Below are positions 25,146 to 38,400 of a DNA stretch of 64,000 nt, piece after piece. Source of the stretch: Phoronis australis (taxonomy: Eukaryota; Animalia; Phoronida); NCBI GenBank assembly GCA_002633005.1, contig NMRA01000222.1:525635-589634 (forward strand), read 5' to 3'. A model generated the notes under the pieces. It ran no database searches. It was given only the letters and a program-made list of their open reading frames with translations, and was not told where the DNA came from. The translations under genes were made by a program, and so were the position numbers. Each line of letters starts with the position of its first letter. The first letter of the stretch is position 1.

Positions 25146-25504
25146 ATATACACAAGATCGACTCGATCTAAACATAGAACAAGCGCTGACTTGCAGGACC
25201 ACCGCCAATGAGTTGGGCCGTATGCTCAGCTGACTTTTCCCTTTTTTGCAAATTAAGAGAGTCGATTTGGCAAGTTTGAAAGTCAGAAACAGATAAAAAC
25301 AACGCGACCAAATCAAATAAAATCAATGGTCTACCAACGTTACAAATGACGTTCCCGGCAGACTAGGTCTCGTCTGATCTTCAGTGAATGACAGATTCAA
25401 TCATTTTTGCAGAGAGTGCGAGGAATTAACAAAACTGTAATTTCATCAGTTTGAAAAACAAAAGGCCGCTAACTAAAACGTATTTCAACGTTATATGGAG
25501 TATA

Positions 25505-25710
25505 TTGCACGGCCCAAAATTTTCAGGCGTCAGAGTTTAAATTGTGGCAACCGACATAGGCGTAGGGCCAGGGACAGTCGAGAAACGAAAGACTGTGAAA
25601 TACGGATAAGAGAGAGAAAATTCAAGAGAACATTTAACAACTTAGCATCAGTGTATGGTTTACCTTTTGAGGACCCTGGCCAGGACATTGTCGTTAGGAT
25701 TTCCGTTTTA
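25505..25710 (+). repeat. Dispersed repeat, copy 1 (homologous to 63800-64000)
   Basis: Colinear similarity, e.g. AGAGAGAAAATTCAAGAGAACATTT…ATCAGTGTATG.TTTACC.TTTGAGG.CCCTGGCCAGG in both copies. Confidence 0.8.
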
Positions 25711-27693
25711 GCAGCAAAGTCGCCTAAACATTCTTGAAAACGTGCACGAAATCAATCATACCATAGATAGTCTATGATCATACATATATTTCAAAAGATC
25801 GAGAAAATTTGTAAATCGAAGCTTTTGCGGAGCGTCCTAATTTACTGGATTATTAAATTCAATAAGACATTTTTGCAGATGCCCCTCTAGGGCAAGGGAT
25901 AACGGAAACAACTTTCGCTTTATTTTTTTTTCTCGAAACTGTATATTACTTGAGAACAATTGATGACCAGACACGTAACATCAATTTCCGCCCATTTCCT
26001 GATATTATATTTAGTGGCCTCGCCCTTGAAGGAGAACACTGATGACATTTAAGTGGCCACCCCTTTTGTGTTATTTTTGACAAATCATAAGGTGCCGCTC
26101 ACGGACAGAGGACCCAATGTTGGAATCGATTACCTCCTTTCCTGCTTTTTGTGAAATCGTGCAACCGGGTGTCATGTTGAAGAAGGTCGCTTCCTGCATC
26201 GTTTTGGGACCACACGACGGTGGGATGCACCGTCACTCTTTTCCAAGCTCAATGATGTTTACCCTTTCATCTTAGGTGTCCCATTTCAGACGGCACCCTT
26301 TCTCGGTGGAGCAGTTCGGAGTAAATGTCCCTTTGTCCCTATATTCATGTAAACCCGATACTGCCAAGTATTCAAGATGGAAGTTGAGATTCCAAATTCA
26401 TCAAAAGCACAAAACATTCGTGCACAGCACAGTTATTCGACCCAAACAAACAAAAATGTGAAAAAATACAGCAGGATTGCCGCCATCGAAAGGTTGGAAT
26501 TTTGAAGAACGCGAATTACACAAAAGTACTATTTCCGATGGTAAGTTATAAAACTGTTCTCCGTAGTATCACAGCAATAGTATCTCTTTAAGATGGTCAC
26601 TACAAGTACAGTGTACATGTATTAGTTGTTTGTAAGGAATTCCCACATGTGGAAAACACTGCTGTCCAAGTTACTATTTGCGATGAAAGGGTGTACTCAA
26701 AGAACTCTTGCAATCATAAACAAAGATTTCTGCGTTTTTGTGTCAGTGGAGTTCAAGTTTACCTCGTGAACCGTTATAGGTACCTCTGAAATGAGCAAAA
26801 ATACACGTTAATACGAATGCGTCATCTCGCATATTCCCCACGTTACCCGTCAAAAGTCTGCATGCATACATGTACATGCGGGAATTGCTTATAATATTAC
26901 GTTTGATAAACAAATTCGTTAGTTTTTGATTTACTTGTTTATGTATCTACAAAAATCGATAGATTCATAGATGATTTTTGACTATTAAAAGATAATCTTA
27001 TAAGAATTGATGATGTTTCAGTGAAATTAATTGCAGCCTGCAGTTGGAAAAACTCTATAATCCGATCCCCGAATAGTAAAGTACACGTTTAAACGATTTT
27101 TCATATCTAAATAATTTCAAAGCCATTGATGAAATTCGAACTCGCAAACCTTAGATAGAAAAAACGTTTTATAAATCCTTAAATGAATAAAATCAAACTC
27201 ATTGTCTTTGCACTTCCTCGGTGTTCTTAGTTTCCAGTAGTATTGAGCAATGAATTTTTGTTCATCAAAACTGAATTGATTGCTTGTCCTGATTCACCTG
27301 CACGTCATGACTGACGAACTCACGTTAAAAATAAGATGTAAAGCCATGCAGTAGGCCCGCGAAGAATCTCAGTGATCCACGGGAACTGAATTTGACCTCC
27401 AGGCCTTCAGGAAGTGTGTACATTTTTGAGCTACACTAATCCTTTTCCCCAAACACCAGGAACGGACTACCGGTCGTGTTTCAAATAGGCCTTTTGAAAC
27501 AGCCTCAAAGGTACGTTTATACCAGGGACTTCGGTACCTTACCTTTTCAAAAAAACTCCTTCAAAGAATGACCGTAATAAGTTTTCCCGAAATTTGATCG
27601 CAATAAAACAAATCTTGACCTTAGAGCCAGCGCAGACGGCCGGGTACGAGCTGTCTGCCTCAAGTGAATCACAGCTGAACGACCAGCAACTGG

Positions 27694-30600
27694 TAGACCG
27701 GCAGCCCAGAGCAATTAGCATAGATGAACGAGGTACCAACATCTGACCACGGGAGCATTTAAAGTCCACCTCAGTATGTACAGAAATGGACGTGTGCCGT
27801 TGTCTGCACTCTGGCTGTGACCCCTGGGGGTCTTTGTAATGAGCTAGACTAGATATTCGAGGTACCAACCAAAACTGATTTAAAACGAACAATAGTACCG
27901 CACTGAACACCAAATGACCCATGACAGACAAATTGCACTCTGGAATGGGTCCGGCAGAAATCAAAAAAGGACCCCCCCAAAATGAGCTAGCACATACATT
28001 GGAGGTACCACACAAAACCAATTCCATATGATTCAATACATGTCACAGATCACTAAATACCCTATGGCAGACAAATTACACTCTGGATTGTGCCCGGCAG
28101 AAACCCCCAAAAATCTCAACCACGGGTATGCCATAAAAAATTTAAGCTAGACTAGATTTTCGAAGTACGGGACAAAACTGATCTTAAACAAACAATAGTA
28201 CCACACTGAACTCCAAATGACCCATGACAGACAAATTGCACTCTGGAATGGGTCCAGCAGAAACCAAAAAAGGACCCCCCCCAAAAAAAAAATGAGCGAG
28301 CTTATACATTTGAGGTACCTCAAAAAACCAATTCCATGAGGTTTGATACATGTCACAGGTCACTAAATGCCCTATGACAGACAAAATACACTCTGGTTTG
28401 TGCCTGGAAGAAACCCTCAAAAATCTCAACCACAATATACGCTATCAAAACTTTGAGGTACATTAGATACCCGAGGTACCGGCTAAAACTGACTTAAAAC
28501 CAATAATCCACCAGATGACCCATGACAGACAACAAATTATGTTCTGGAAGGCGTTCGCCAGAAACTCAGTTACACCGTAAAAGAAGCTAGGTCATCGTTC
28601 GGGGTACCACACTAAACAATTCCATGTGATTCAAATAGATGTTTCTGGTTACCAAATACGCTATGACAGTTAAAACCCAGTGTGGGTTGTGCTCGCCAGC
28701 CTCAGAAATCTCAACTACCGGTCAGTAATTTTGAATATATACGACATATTAGATAATGAGCTTATACTTTTGCGTCTACTGAGCTCTCACACTGGATGTC
28801 AAATGGATGATTGCGGAGAGTAAGCCTGATAACAGTAAAACTTTGGGATACCAGGAACTGTCTAAAATCCACTCAGTGAAGTTTAAGAACGCAGATTGTG
28901 TAAAATATAAAACGCTATCAAAACTGCCAGCAGAAAGGATACGTCAGCGACAACACATGGCCCCTAAATTTACGCTTAATCGAGGAACCACGAAAATTAT
29001 TCCCAAGGAGCCCTTTCGTCTCATTGACTACTAAACAATACGTTGAAAGAAAAGTAACAGACGTGTTTTTAATAACCTTCTTTAATCAAAATAAACTACA
29101 TGAAATAGAGCAACGCTTTCAAACAGCATAGTAACCAAATCACTGTATCGACAAGAACATCAAGCTACATACTATATGTTTAATGTCAACAGTAGTTTCC
29201 TGTTAGTTTTTAATACGTTTCAATACCGTTACTGCTACTCCAGCTTGATTCGGGCTCGCTTGTTTCGTCATAGCCCATTTCCTTTACCTCTTGATCGGCT
29301 TGGTTTTCTTGTAAAAGACCAGCATCTTGAAAAAGGACATCAGGAACGGCAGATCCACAAAACCATTTGAGATTGTAGTATCCATCTTGTGCCTTCCAAC
29401 CGTAGGTAAGAGGATCCAAACCGTTTCCCGGATCGGCCGAATCCACTTGGCCTCAGAGCAAGGCAACATAATGGGCTCGTTTGAGTTTTTTCAATTGTGT
29501 CTTTCGGCAAGGAGGAAAAATGCGCAGTCTATCTTCTTGATGTTGGACATCGGAGAAATTTTTATTGACGAGGGACCAATTGTCTAAAAGCTGACGAACA
29601 AAAACATAAAACCCATGCGCGCACCCAGCCTCTAGTTTTGGGGGGCTCGAATTTCTGACCAAGTGGACCTTTTGCTAACAGAAAAGCTGGAGGACTAAAA
29701 AACGGGGTACCACCTTCAGTACTGTGAACTGTGCGTCTGCGCCTTTTTAGTGGACTTTTGTCTCGTTTTCACGGACTTTTTGTTTCTCAGAGGCGGACCT
29801 TTTTGCCCACTTCGCCAAATGGGGGGCTCCTTCGAGCCCCCCGAGCCCTCCTGGATGCGCGCATGAAATCTCACCATTTACTGTTTTTTGACGTGAAACT
29901 GGGCATTTTGGTTTAACACTATGAAAACATTTGAAATTATTTTCGTTGCTTTTATGAACTATATTTTATCAGTTACAGTTATTACCTTGTTCATTTTTCC
30001 GGTCGTCTCTATTAATTTCAGATATCCGCGCTTCATTGATATCTTTGACTCCTCCCTTCATTAAATAGGAGGCATATGTCTTCTTCTAACTTTCCTTCGT
30101 CTGGGACATCTACGTTTATTAACTCTGAGAAGAAGCTGATAAGTGTCCCAGATGAGTCTTTCATCAGGATTTCCAGAGGCCTCCCTTTCCCTTTCCTAAA
30201 CAGTGCTGCTGTGACGTCACACCCTGTCATTGCATTCAATTTTCAGGCAATGCTGCAGCGAGACCCCTTGTTACCGAAACACATCGTTGTTTATATATTT
30301 ATTTGACTGTACTTCGGGAGCAAGTTTTCTGTTATACAGAATTTGTTGAATGCACGACACTTTATAAAGACCGTGAACAATGAAAAGTGTCGTGCATTCA
30401 ACAAATTCTGTATATATTTATTTAAATAGCATTCGGACTCCACCGCGTGGCTGCTCACCAAATTAGGGGTGATTTGTATTTTATCACGGTAGACATTATG
30501 TCGGACATCGACAAATGACTCCGCGAAACTAAAACATTGCAAACACTATACACTACACTGAATTTCGACCTCATGTAAAAATGTCTTCAAAAAGTTACAA

Positions 30601-31784
30601 CTAGGCGAGTTAACCGTCTTACATCTTGACACCCGTCTGCTTTTCGCTTGTAGTGATCATGAGAGTAAACACAGGCTTTAGTGGACTAAAGTTTTTTATA
30701 TTTAGTTTTTGTTTCCTGCGGTCCCGCTTTTCGCAGTTAACTTATTAAATACACAACTTTTGTCACCAATTGTTTACTTCGATTTTCGTGGTGCAATTTT
30801 TAATACATGTATCGTGTTGTCCAGTTGTTTGGATTTCCCACCCGAGTACTTGAACTAGCAGGGGAAAGCTGCATGAACGATTGTACCTCCATTTTTAAGG
30901 TCCTTTCTGGGTTTTTGGCAGACCATTTCCGAGTAAAATTTGTCTTTCACGGGTCATTGGGTTTTCAGTGAAGCACGATTGTTGGTTTTAAATCAGTTTA
31001 AGCCGATACCTTGAAAATCTAACTGTCTCAAAAATGGCAAACCGTGGTTGAGATTTTTGAGGGTTTCTTCCAGGGACAATCCAGAGTGTATTTTGTCTGC
31101 CGGTCATAGGGCATTTAGTGACCTGTGACATGTATTGAATCTCATGTAATTGTTCTTGTGGTATCTCGAATGTATGTGCTAGCTCATTTTTGGGGGGTCT
31201 TTTTTGGTTTCTGCCGGACCCATTCCAGAGTGCAATTTGTCTGTCATGGGTCATTCAATAGTCAGTGCGGTATTATTGTTCGTTTTAAATCAGTTTTGGC
31301 CGGTACCTCGAAAATCTAATCTAGATCAAATTTTGGTGGCATACCGTGGTTGAGATTTTTGGGGGTTTCTGCCGGGCACAACCCAGAGTGTATTTTGTCT
31401 GTCATAGGGGTTTTAGTGATCTGTGACATGTATTGAATCATATGGAATTGGTTTTTGTGGTACCTCGAATGTATGTGCTAGCTCATTTTGGGGGGTCCTT
31501 TTTTGGTTTCTGCCGGACCCATTTCAGAGTGCAATTTGTCTGTCATGGGTCATTCGGTATTCAGTGCGGTACTATTGTTCGTTTTAAATCAGTTTTGGTT
31601 GGTACCTCGAATATCTAGTCTAGCTCATTTTTGGGGTCTTTGTAAGCTCCCCACGGGTCACACCCAGAGTGCAGACAACGGCAGACGTCCATTTCTGGAC
31701 ATACTGAGGTGGACTTTAAATGCTCCCGTGGTCAGATGTTGGTACCTCGTTCATCTATGCTAAGTGCTCTGGGCTGCCGGTCTA
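27694..31784 (-). mobile_element. Academ-type DNA transposon, non-autonomous deletion derivative
   Basis: TAGACCGGCAGCCCAGAGC…GCTCTGGGCTGCCGGTCTA termini (TAG…CTA); ~0.8-1 kb TIRs built from ~300-bp subunits; internal transposase C-terminal remnants. Confidence 0.85.
29210..30245 (-). pseudogene. Academ transposase C-terminal remnants
   Basis: AMTGCDVTAALFRKGKGRP (30033-30239), …FPPC…KKLKRAHYVA…W…LDPLTYGWK…YNLKWFCG (29210-29530); interrupted by a MITE at ~29614-29864. Confidence 0.7.
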
Positions 31785-33600
31785 TAGCTTTAGTTCATCG
31801 GGAATTTCGAATGTTACGCTGTTAGATCTCAGCTATAGCTACTTGAGGCAACCCCTCGTTACCGGTCAGTGTACTAGTTCTGGGCCATTGTTACTGTCCC
31901 TGTTGGTACACGGTTACATGGCTATATTACTCGGATTGTCCCAGGGGCTCATTCAGGATTTTGAGTTGGAGGGGGGGGGGAGCAGGCCAGAGTATTTTCC
32001 AGGGTTTTACTCTTCAGAATCTTGCACCCCCCAACTGCCAAATGGAATCTGGTAGAATTTTAGGAGGGCCATGGCCCCTTGGCCACCCCTAAGTCCGCCA
32101 CTGTACCCCCACCTAGGGTGGGCGTGGGAGATTCGGTACATGGAGTCATCGGGAGCACGGGGGCGAGGGGGGGCGGTAGCGATGGGGGGGGTTGTTTGGC
32201 GAAGTCCAAATGGTTTGTCCATCCCAATAAGTTTTGCGTCACTACGGGCCGCAGAATTGTGAATGTTCAGTGGCCAAAATCCCTTTTGTCCACTGACGTC
32301 ACACGCATGCTGGCGCCCCCAGTAGAGGTTAGCTGACTTTGCCCTTGTGGCCTGTCCTTATAGAGTCTGCAGTTTGTGTTTACACAGCTGATAACTCGAC
32401 TCTGGGTGATAACCAACACTCAACTGAGCAAATTTATTTATCATGCCGCAACCTCAGAATTCACTATATAACATATCACAAATACATGTACATTCCTAAT
32501 TTTTAGATTTTGAGGATTGACGAAAGTCACGATACATAGAATTATCCATGTACAGTATCTATCTGTTACTATTTGGTTCGTACTGATACTGATAGGCTAA
32601 ATCTGGTTAACTCGGTGTACGAGTTCTCATGGTCTCCGCTGGGGTAGCCAGCGTGCCTGTGACAGCAGTGGACAAAAGGGTTTTGGCCATTGTTCACCAT
32701 TCTGCATAAGGGCCTGGTCTGAGCCCCCCCTCCCCACACGCGCGCGCGCACACACACAAACCAAAACTGCACACGTTGTTAAATCTTGTTTCAGTCGTAT
32801 AATGTTAATTATCGGAGTTAATTAATAAACTCAATTTTTCCTAACGCTCTTGCTGTTTTATTTCTTTCGGCTGCTAATGGGCCCTCTGGGCCCCCTAAAT
32901 CCACCTATGCACTAGAGGAATGAACAATCTAACAGACCGAACTACTGCTAAGACCAGAGACAGAGGCAGAAAGAGTTTCATGGTCACGCACGGCCACGTG
33001 ATAATCCAGATTCAGAAGCATACTTGCATTCAGACGCAATCTAATCAGTAAATCAGAAATAATTTGCAATCATTAGATACTGATGTAATCCACAAACCTT
33101 TTCATAGCTATTTGGCATCTTTAAAGTTATCGATCTCCTTCGTTAACAAGGTATTCGGAGTCTAAAAGTTATCAAATGTGACCCACCACCACAAAATGAG
33201 TCTTAAGTCGGAAACTCTATTTCCCGACCAGACTGCAAACAGTCGCTATCGGTTAAAATTAGGTCAATTTTTTTATTGCAGATTATGACTATTTATTCAT
33301 TCTACTTCACAAAACAATACTTTAAAACAAGCAAACTTTATTTTAAATCTTATTTATTTCATTTTGAAAAACATCACCTTCTCCACGACCACCCGATCCA
33401 TACTCCGTAACAAGGTCTAAGCCGTAACGGAAAAGGTTGCCGTTACGGCTTTCAGACCTGCGAATTTTATAAATTTGTAGCATGTGCCTTATAGCCAAAC
33501 GGTGAAAATCTGCTCAGAAGTCGTAGTGAAAGGAAACGTGATTTTGCGTTACTCTCGTCCAGACGTTTTAAGCGCGTTTTCAAAATGGTCGAGTTGCACG

Positions 33601-34390
33601 ATGTTCGCACAGCTGTTGCTGCTACAAGTAAACGAGCGAAGGTGAGTTGTTTTGTTATGATCATTTTAATCGTCAACATTGCAGTAAATTACAACCCTTG
33701 AATCGTTTTCTGTAAATTATGTTCCATAGGCAATCTGTCAGGGAGCTAGTCGATCCGGTAGCGGTCCCTGATTTTGAGAACCAGTCTTTTCCACTCAATA
33801 ACGGGCCGTTATTCACTGATTACCTGTTAGGGCAACTAGCAGTCTGTATTGACTCGAGTATTGTGTACACGTACAGGGCCCTCATTCATGGAATGGGAAA
33901 GGTGCCTGTGCCGGTAATATTTCAGGGTTAGGAAAATTCCACCTCCCAATCACAGGCGTCCTCAGCTTCTGATCGTTCCCAATACACTATATATACTACA
34001 AGGTATGACACTCCAGACTAGAAATTCCACGGATGCTTCACTTCAGCCGTCCATAGCAAACACGAAACTAAATAATTTTCAAGAAATAGAAGTTCAGCAA
34101 ACCAATTCTATTTACAGTGTCCAGCTCATAAAACTGCTGAGTGTGCTAACCATTCAGCTATATGGGCAATTGCCCGATAACGAGTAGCTAACAGAGGTTT
34201 ATATGATTCACCAGAAGCACATCTACAACATCCTTAATTCTTTCCATCTAGAACAGATACTCCCATTATCAAATTTTTGTTGAGCAGTCCTTCGTTCAGT
34301 TTTCAAAACCGGAAACTTGGCATTTTTACGCAGCGCAAGCCAGGCGATATTTTGTCACACCACCTGCCGTGCTCAGGTGTGGCTGTCTAA
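33601..34390 (+). pseudogene. Putative second (convergent) spliced gene of the KDZ element, function unknown
   Basis: Phase-compatible exons 33601-33641 (AG|gtgagt), 33730-34002 (one in-frame TAG at 33929-33931) and 34252-~34390 (strong polypyrimidine acceptor); no recognisable domain. Confidence 0.35.
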
Positions 34391-35413
34391 GAAACATACA
34401 AATTACTCTGCTGGATAACACATATTCTTGGAGCTAACATGGCCAGATGCTACAGTATATCTCGTGGTCTACTATGCATCATGTCACGTTCCTTAACCAA
34501 CAATTTGTCTCTTGTGCTTGAGTCACAAATGTGTCTTGTCACTTCTATGCTAGTTTGTGTCTCAGTCTTCATCACGTGTTGTGATGCTTTTTAGATATGT
34601 CATATTGTCTTCCATTAAGTTACATTATTTTACTACTCTCTNTTCTTGTGACTGAATTCACAGGCTTTTATGCTTACTCTTTTCAGAATGAGTTTCATAA
34701 ATTTATTGTACAGTGTAGGTGCATTTCAATGTATTTGATTTGTAGGGTTGATAATGAGATTTTTTGCACTTGGATACCTTAATATAGATATGTGTGTAAC
34801 TATGTATATGTATATGTATATGTATATATATATTGAATGTCATGTCTGTTACCTTTTAAGTAACAAAATTTTTATTTTAAGGAGGGTAGTATTGCGAAAA
34901 ATCTGAAAATTCATTTTTTTTTCAATTATGTACTGAACATAGAAATGTAAAGCATGCTTTCTATGCATTAGGAACCTCTGCAGTAAATTAAATATGCAGT
35001 ATATGTAATTGGTTCTGACCCAAAAGACTGCTTTGAACAAAAAATGACAGACAAACAAAGAAGTTTGGCCAATAGTAAACCATGGCTATGCTGCCAATCT
35101 CACATTTTGTTAGAGATAGATATAGATCTCATGCTTATGAAAAGTTTTAAATACTATGTTCTAATAGCTTTCACACAGTTTTATGAAGCTTGAAATACTC
35201 TAAGATTGCTCACTCCAATGTGACTTTGTTCCTAGAGTCATCAACTGGAGTAACAGATTTCAAAGCATGGGCCACTGAATGGAATGGGTTGAGTGCTTTT
35301 ACAAACTAATATGACTGCTTTCATATTTGTCATGAGTGTAAATGTATTTGTGTATGTATGTATGTATGTATCTATCAATAATGCATCCCCACATTGCTTC
35401 AATAAGATCTTAC

Positions 35414-38400
35414 CAAATCTAGACTTAAAGCGTTCTCCATAATGCAGAAGGGCATCTACAAGCAGATCTTGTCGGTGGCTTGCTGTCATTTCTTTCGTTA
35501 TTCTAGAAAACCTCCGCAGGAAAGACCACACGCGTTCTATAGCTTCACCATCTGTCAAGCCAAATGATTGTAGTTTCCTTGGATTATACAGGACCTATAG
35601 CATAAATGTTAAAAGTATGATTTAATAAAATTGACAATGTTAGCATTTTGTTGATGCAAATTTGAACCGGACAAAACATGACCTTTAGGATGGCAAGTGT
35701 CACAGTCATAGCATAAATTAAAGCTACAATAACAGACTGAAGATGATCCGTTTTTGTTTTCAGTGAACTGACCATGTACAAAACACAATTCATACTTGAC
35801 ACGCTGCTTTGTGGCCATGTGCATGCAACACGGGAATTTCCAGGTCTATCTTTGCCAACAGTGAGCTGTTATTCTTCTTCTGCAAAGAAAGAAAGGAATA
35901 TTTACTTTTGTCAAACCACTAATTTGTTGAACAATCATGTTGATAAAAGTAGTCCAATCACGACTTTTATTTTTAACTTTCTTCAACAAACATAACTACG
36001 CTACTTCCCACTTGATATGCGTACCTCTGTCTCACATCAAAATGTCCATTTGAAAATGTTGCAGGAGCGCGTAAGAAAATATTTAAGGTTATATCTTCAC
36101 TTAATTGCAAACAAAAAACTGTTGTTGGCAACAGGTACATTTTGTTTATGGGCAATCCGTCAATGAAATGAAATACAGTACTTAAGTTTTTCCGCACTTC
36201 GAAGTCCTATTGTTTGCCAATGCACAAATACTACAGAGCAAATACCAGTGCCAATAGTATCGTTTTAAAGTTATGCACATTTAATTCATTGTTATGTCAC
36301 AGAAATGTGAGTTCAAACATGTCAGAAAGCAAAATGAGATTCACGTACAGGATACGAGACAAAATTCTCTCCTCTTGTCAACATTCAACTAAGTTCGGAC
36401 GCAACCAAATATCATTTGCATGATAAAGCTACACAGAGCTGTGATCAGAATGTTACAACACTTTCACTTAAAAACAAACACAAATGACGCCAGTGGAACA
36501 TTTTGAGAAAGGGTTATAGAGAATAGTAATTTTAAAACTGCTAACCAATGAAGGCTTCGAGAAATAAACATATCAAAATGTGTAACCATTGCCCAAAACA
36601 TTTATTTGATAAAATACAAACCATTTAGAACATGCATGCTGCTCTCAAGCCACCATTTGAAAATTATTGTATTCGATCACTTTCATTACGTCTGCTTCAT
36701 AAGAAAATACTATCCAGAAATTACAATTCCGCATTTGACAGTAGGAGTTACAACACTTTTCTCAAATATAATTTGTTTTGTGTTGAACAAAATTTTGAGG
36801 GCCACACGCATTTTCAGCCAAAAATCCATAATTGTTATACCTTCAAATGTTTCTCCAACATGCATGCAATGTCATACAGAATATTGCATTTGGACTTGCG
36901 ATCAGTAGTAATCTCTTTCAGTAGTTTAACAGCATATGCCAACCTAAAAACATTCGATAACATTGGAAACTGGTTATTAAGAAGATTGGACTTAGCCAAA
37001 AAGCATAGCCCAAAATCTTCCTTGAGCACACTAAATCATACTTTGACAATCGTATAAGCGAACATTGAAAAATCTTGCAGGAGTTAGAGTGAAATCTCTT
37101 GAGACTTTCCTAACCACCAATCAAGTGCCAAGGAGGATGAAGGTGGTTCTGCACTGCTTGTTATACACCATACTTTGAATTAGGAATTTCCCGGGAATTA
37201 AGATGGTGTATTTTGCCTGACACATGGGGAAAAAGTGTAAAAACAACCATCATGAAGACGCTTCTCATATACTGTTTATTTGAATTTTAGCTGTCTCATT
37301 CATAAACTCAGGTGTAGCACCACTAAGCATGATTACCTTTCACCATGCATCAGGCTTAGAAACTTCTGAGGAAATTCATGTCTGCAAACAGATCCAAAAA
37401 TACCCTTTTCCGACAACTTTGCAGTTCTTCCCTTTGACCTCAGCATATTTCCAGCTTTGAAGTCACTACAGTCCTGAAATTATTAAGTAGATATCAAACT
37501 GATCCATGATAGAACTCTCATAAAGCATTTGATCTTTGACTACCTAATGAAAGTGAACTGTTTTCCTGATGTATGCATGGTGAACATGGGGCCAACTGAA
37601 GCATGAAGTGGTACAAAATATTGCAAAAAATGTTCCCCGCCCCAACCTTTAAAGTTACTGGTCCCTAAGACAGGATAAATGATAGCTGGGTAATTTCCTG
37701 GTTAAAATAATCGTCTCGTGTCTATTAAATCTTTATAGTGGGTATCCCTACCACTAAATACTTGTTGGGAAGCATTAGGTCCTTTGCTTTGAAAGTGCAG
37801 AATGTCAGCTTTGCCTCATTTTGTGATGTTTGAATACTATTCAGAATTCAGTGAAAAACAAAGAAAATCTCTGCACATTATGAGTATTATTAGTTAAAAG
37901 TTAACTTAATAGATAAGAAAGTAATGCCAATCTAAGAATTTTTCACCTGCTCAGCAAGAACATTGTCGCCACTGTACTGGTCCACATACTCATTCACCTC
38001 GTCTTGATTGATGAAGAATCTAGATCCGTGTTTTGGTGATCAATTGCTGACACCAGCGGAGACTTTACGCACAAGTTCAAAATTTGCATCAATTGAAAAC
38101 ATTGCTTTATACTCTTCATTCTGAAACATAGAAATTATAATATGGACAGAAGTTGTGTGTTGAGAATTCATCCAACACGTGTGGAACCATGTGAACACAA
38201 CCATGTACTGCAAATTTTGGCGTGAAATATGTTCTTCCATGCTTTATTTTGAATATATTCACATCTTTTCAGTTTAATGAGACTGTTACTCAGATGGGGA
38301 CTCAACAAGCCAAAGCCTCAGCTGTCACAAATCTTACCTTTGGGCAAACAGGACAAATTGTACCATCATCGAGATGAACGCCATCATTTTGAGGGTATCT

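Noticed and set aside
27539-31763. Repeated similar ORFs (MNHMELV…, …SVMGH…)
   Set aside because: Translations of the modular Academ TIRs, not genes
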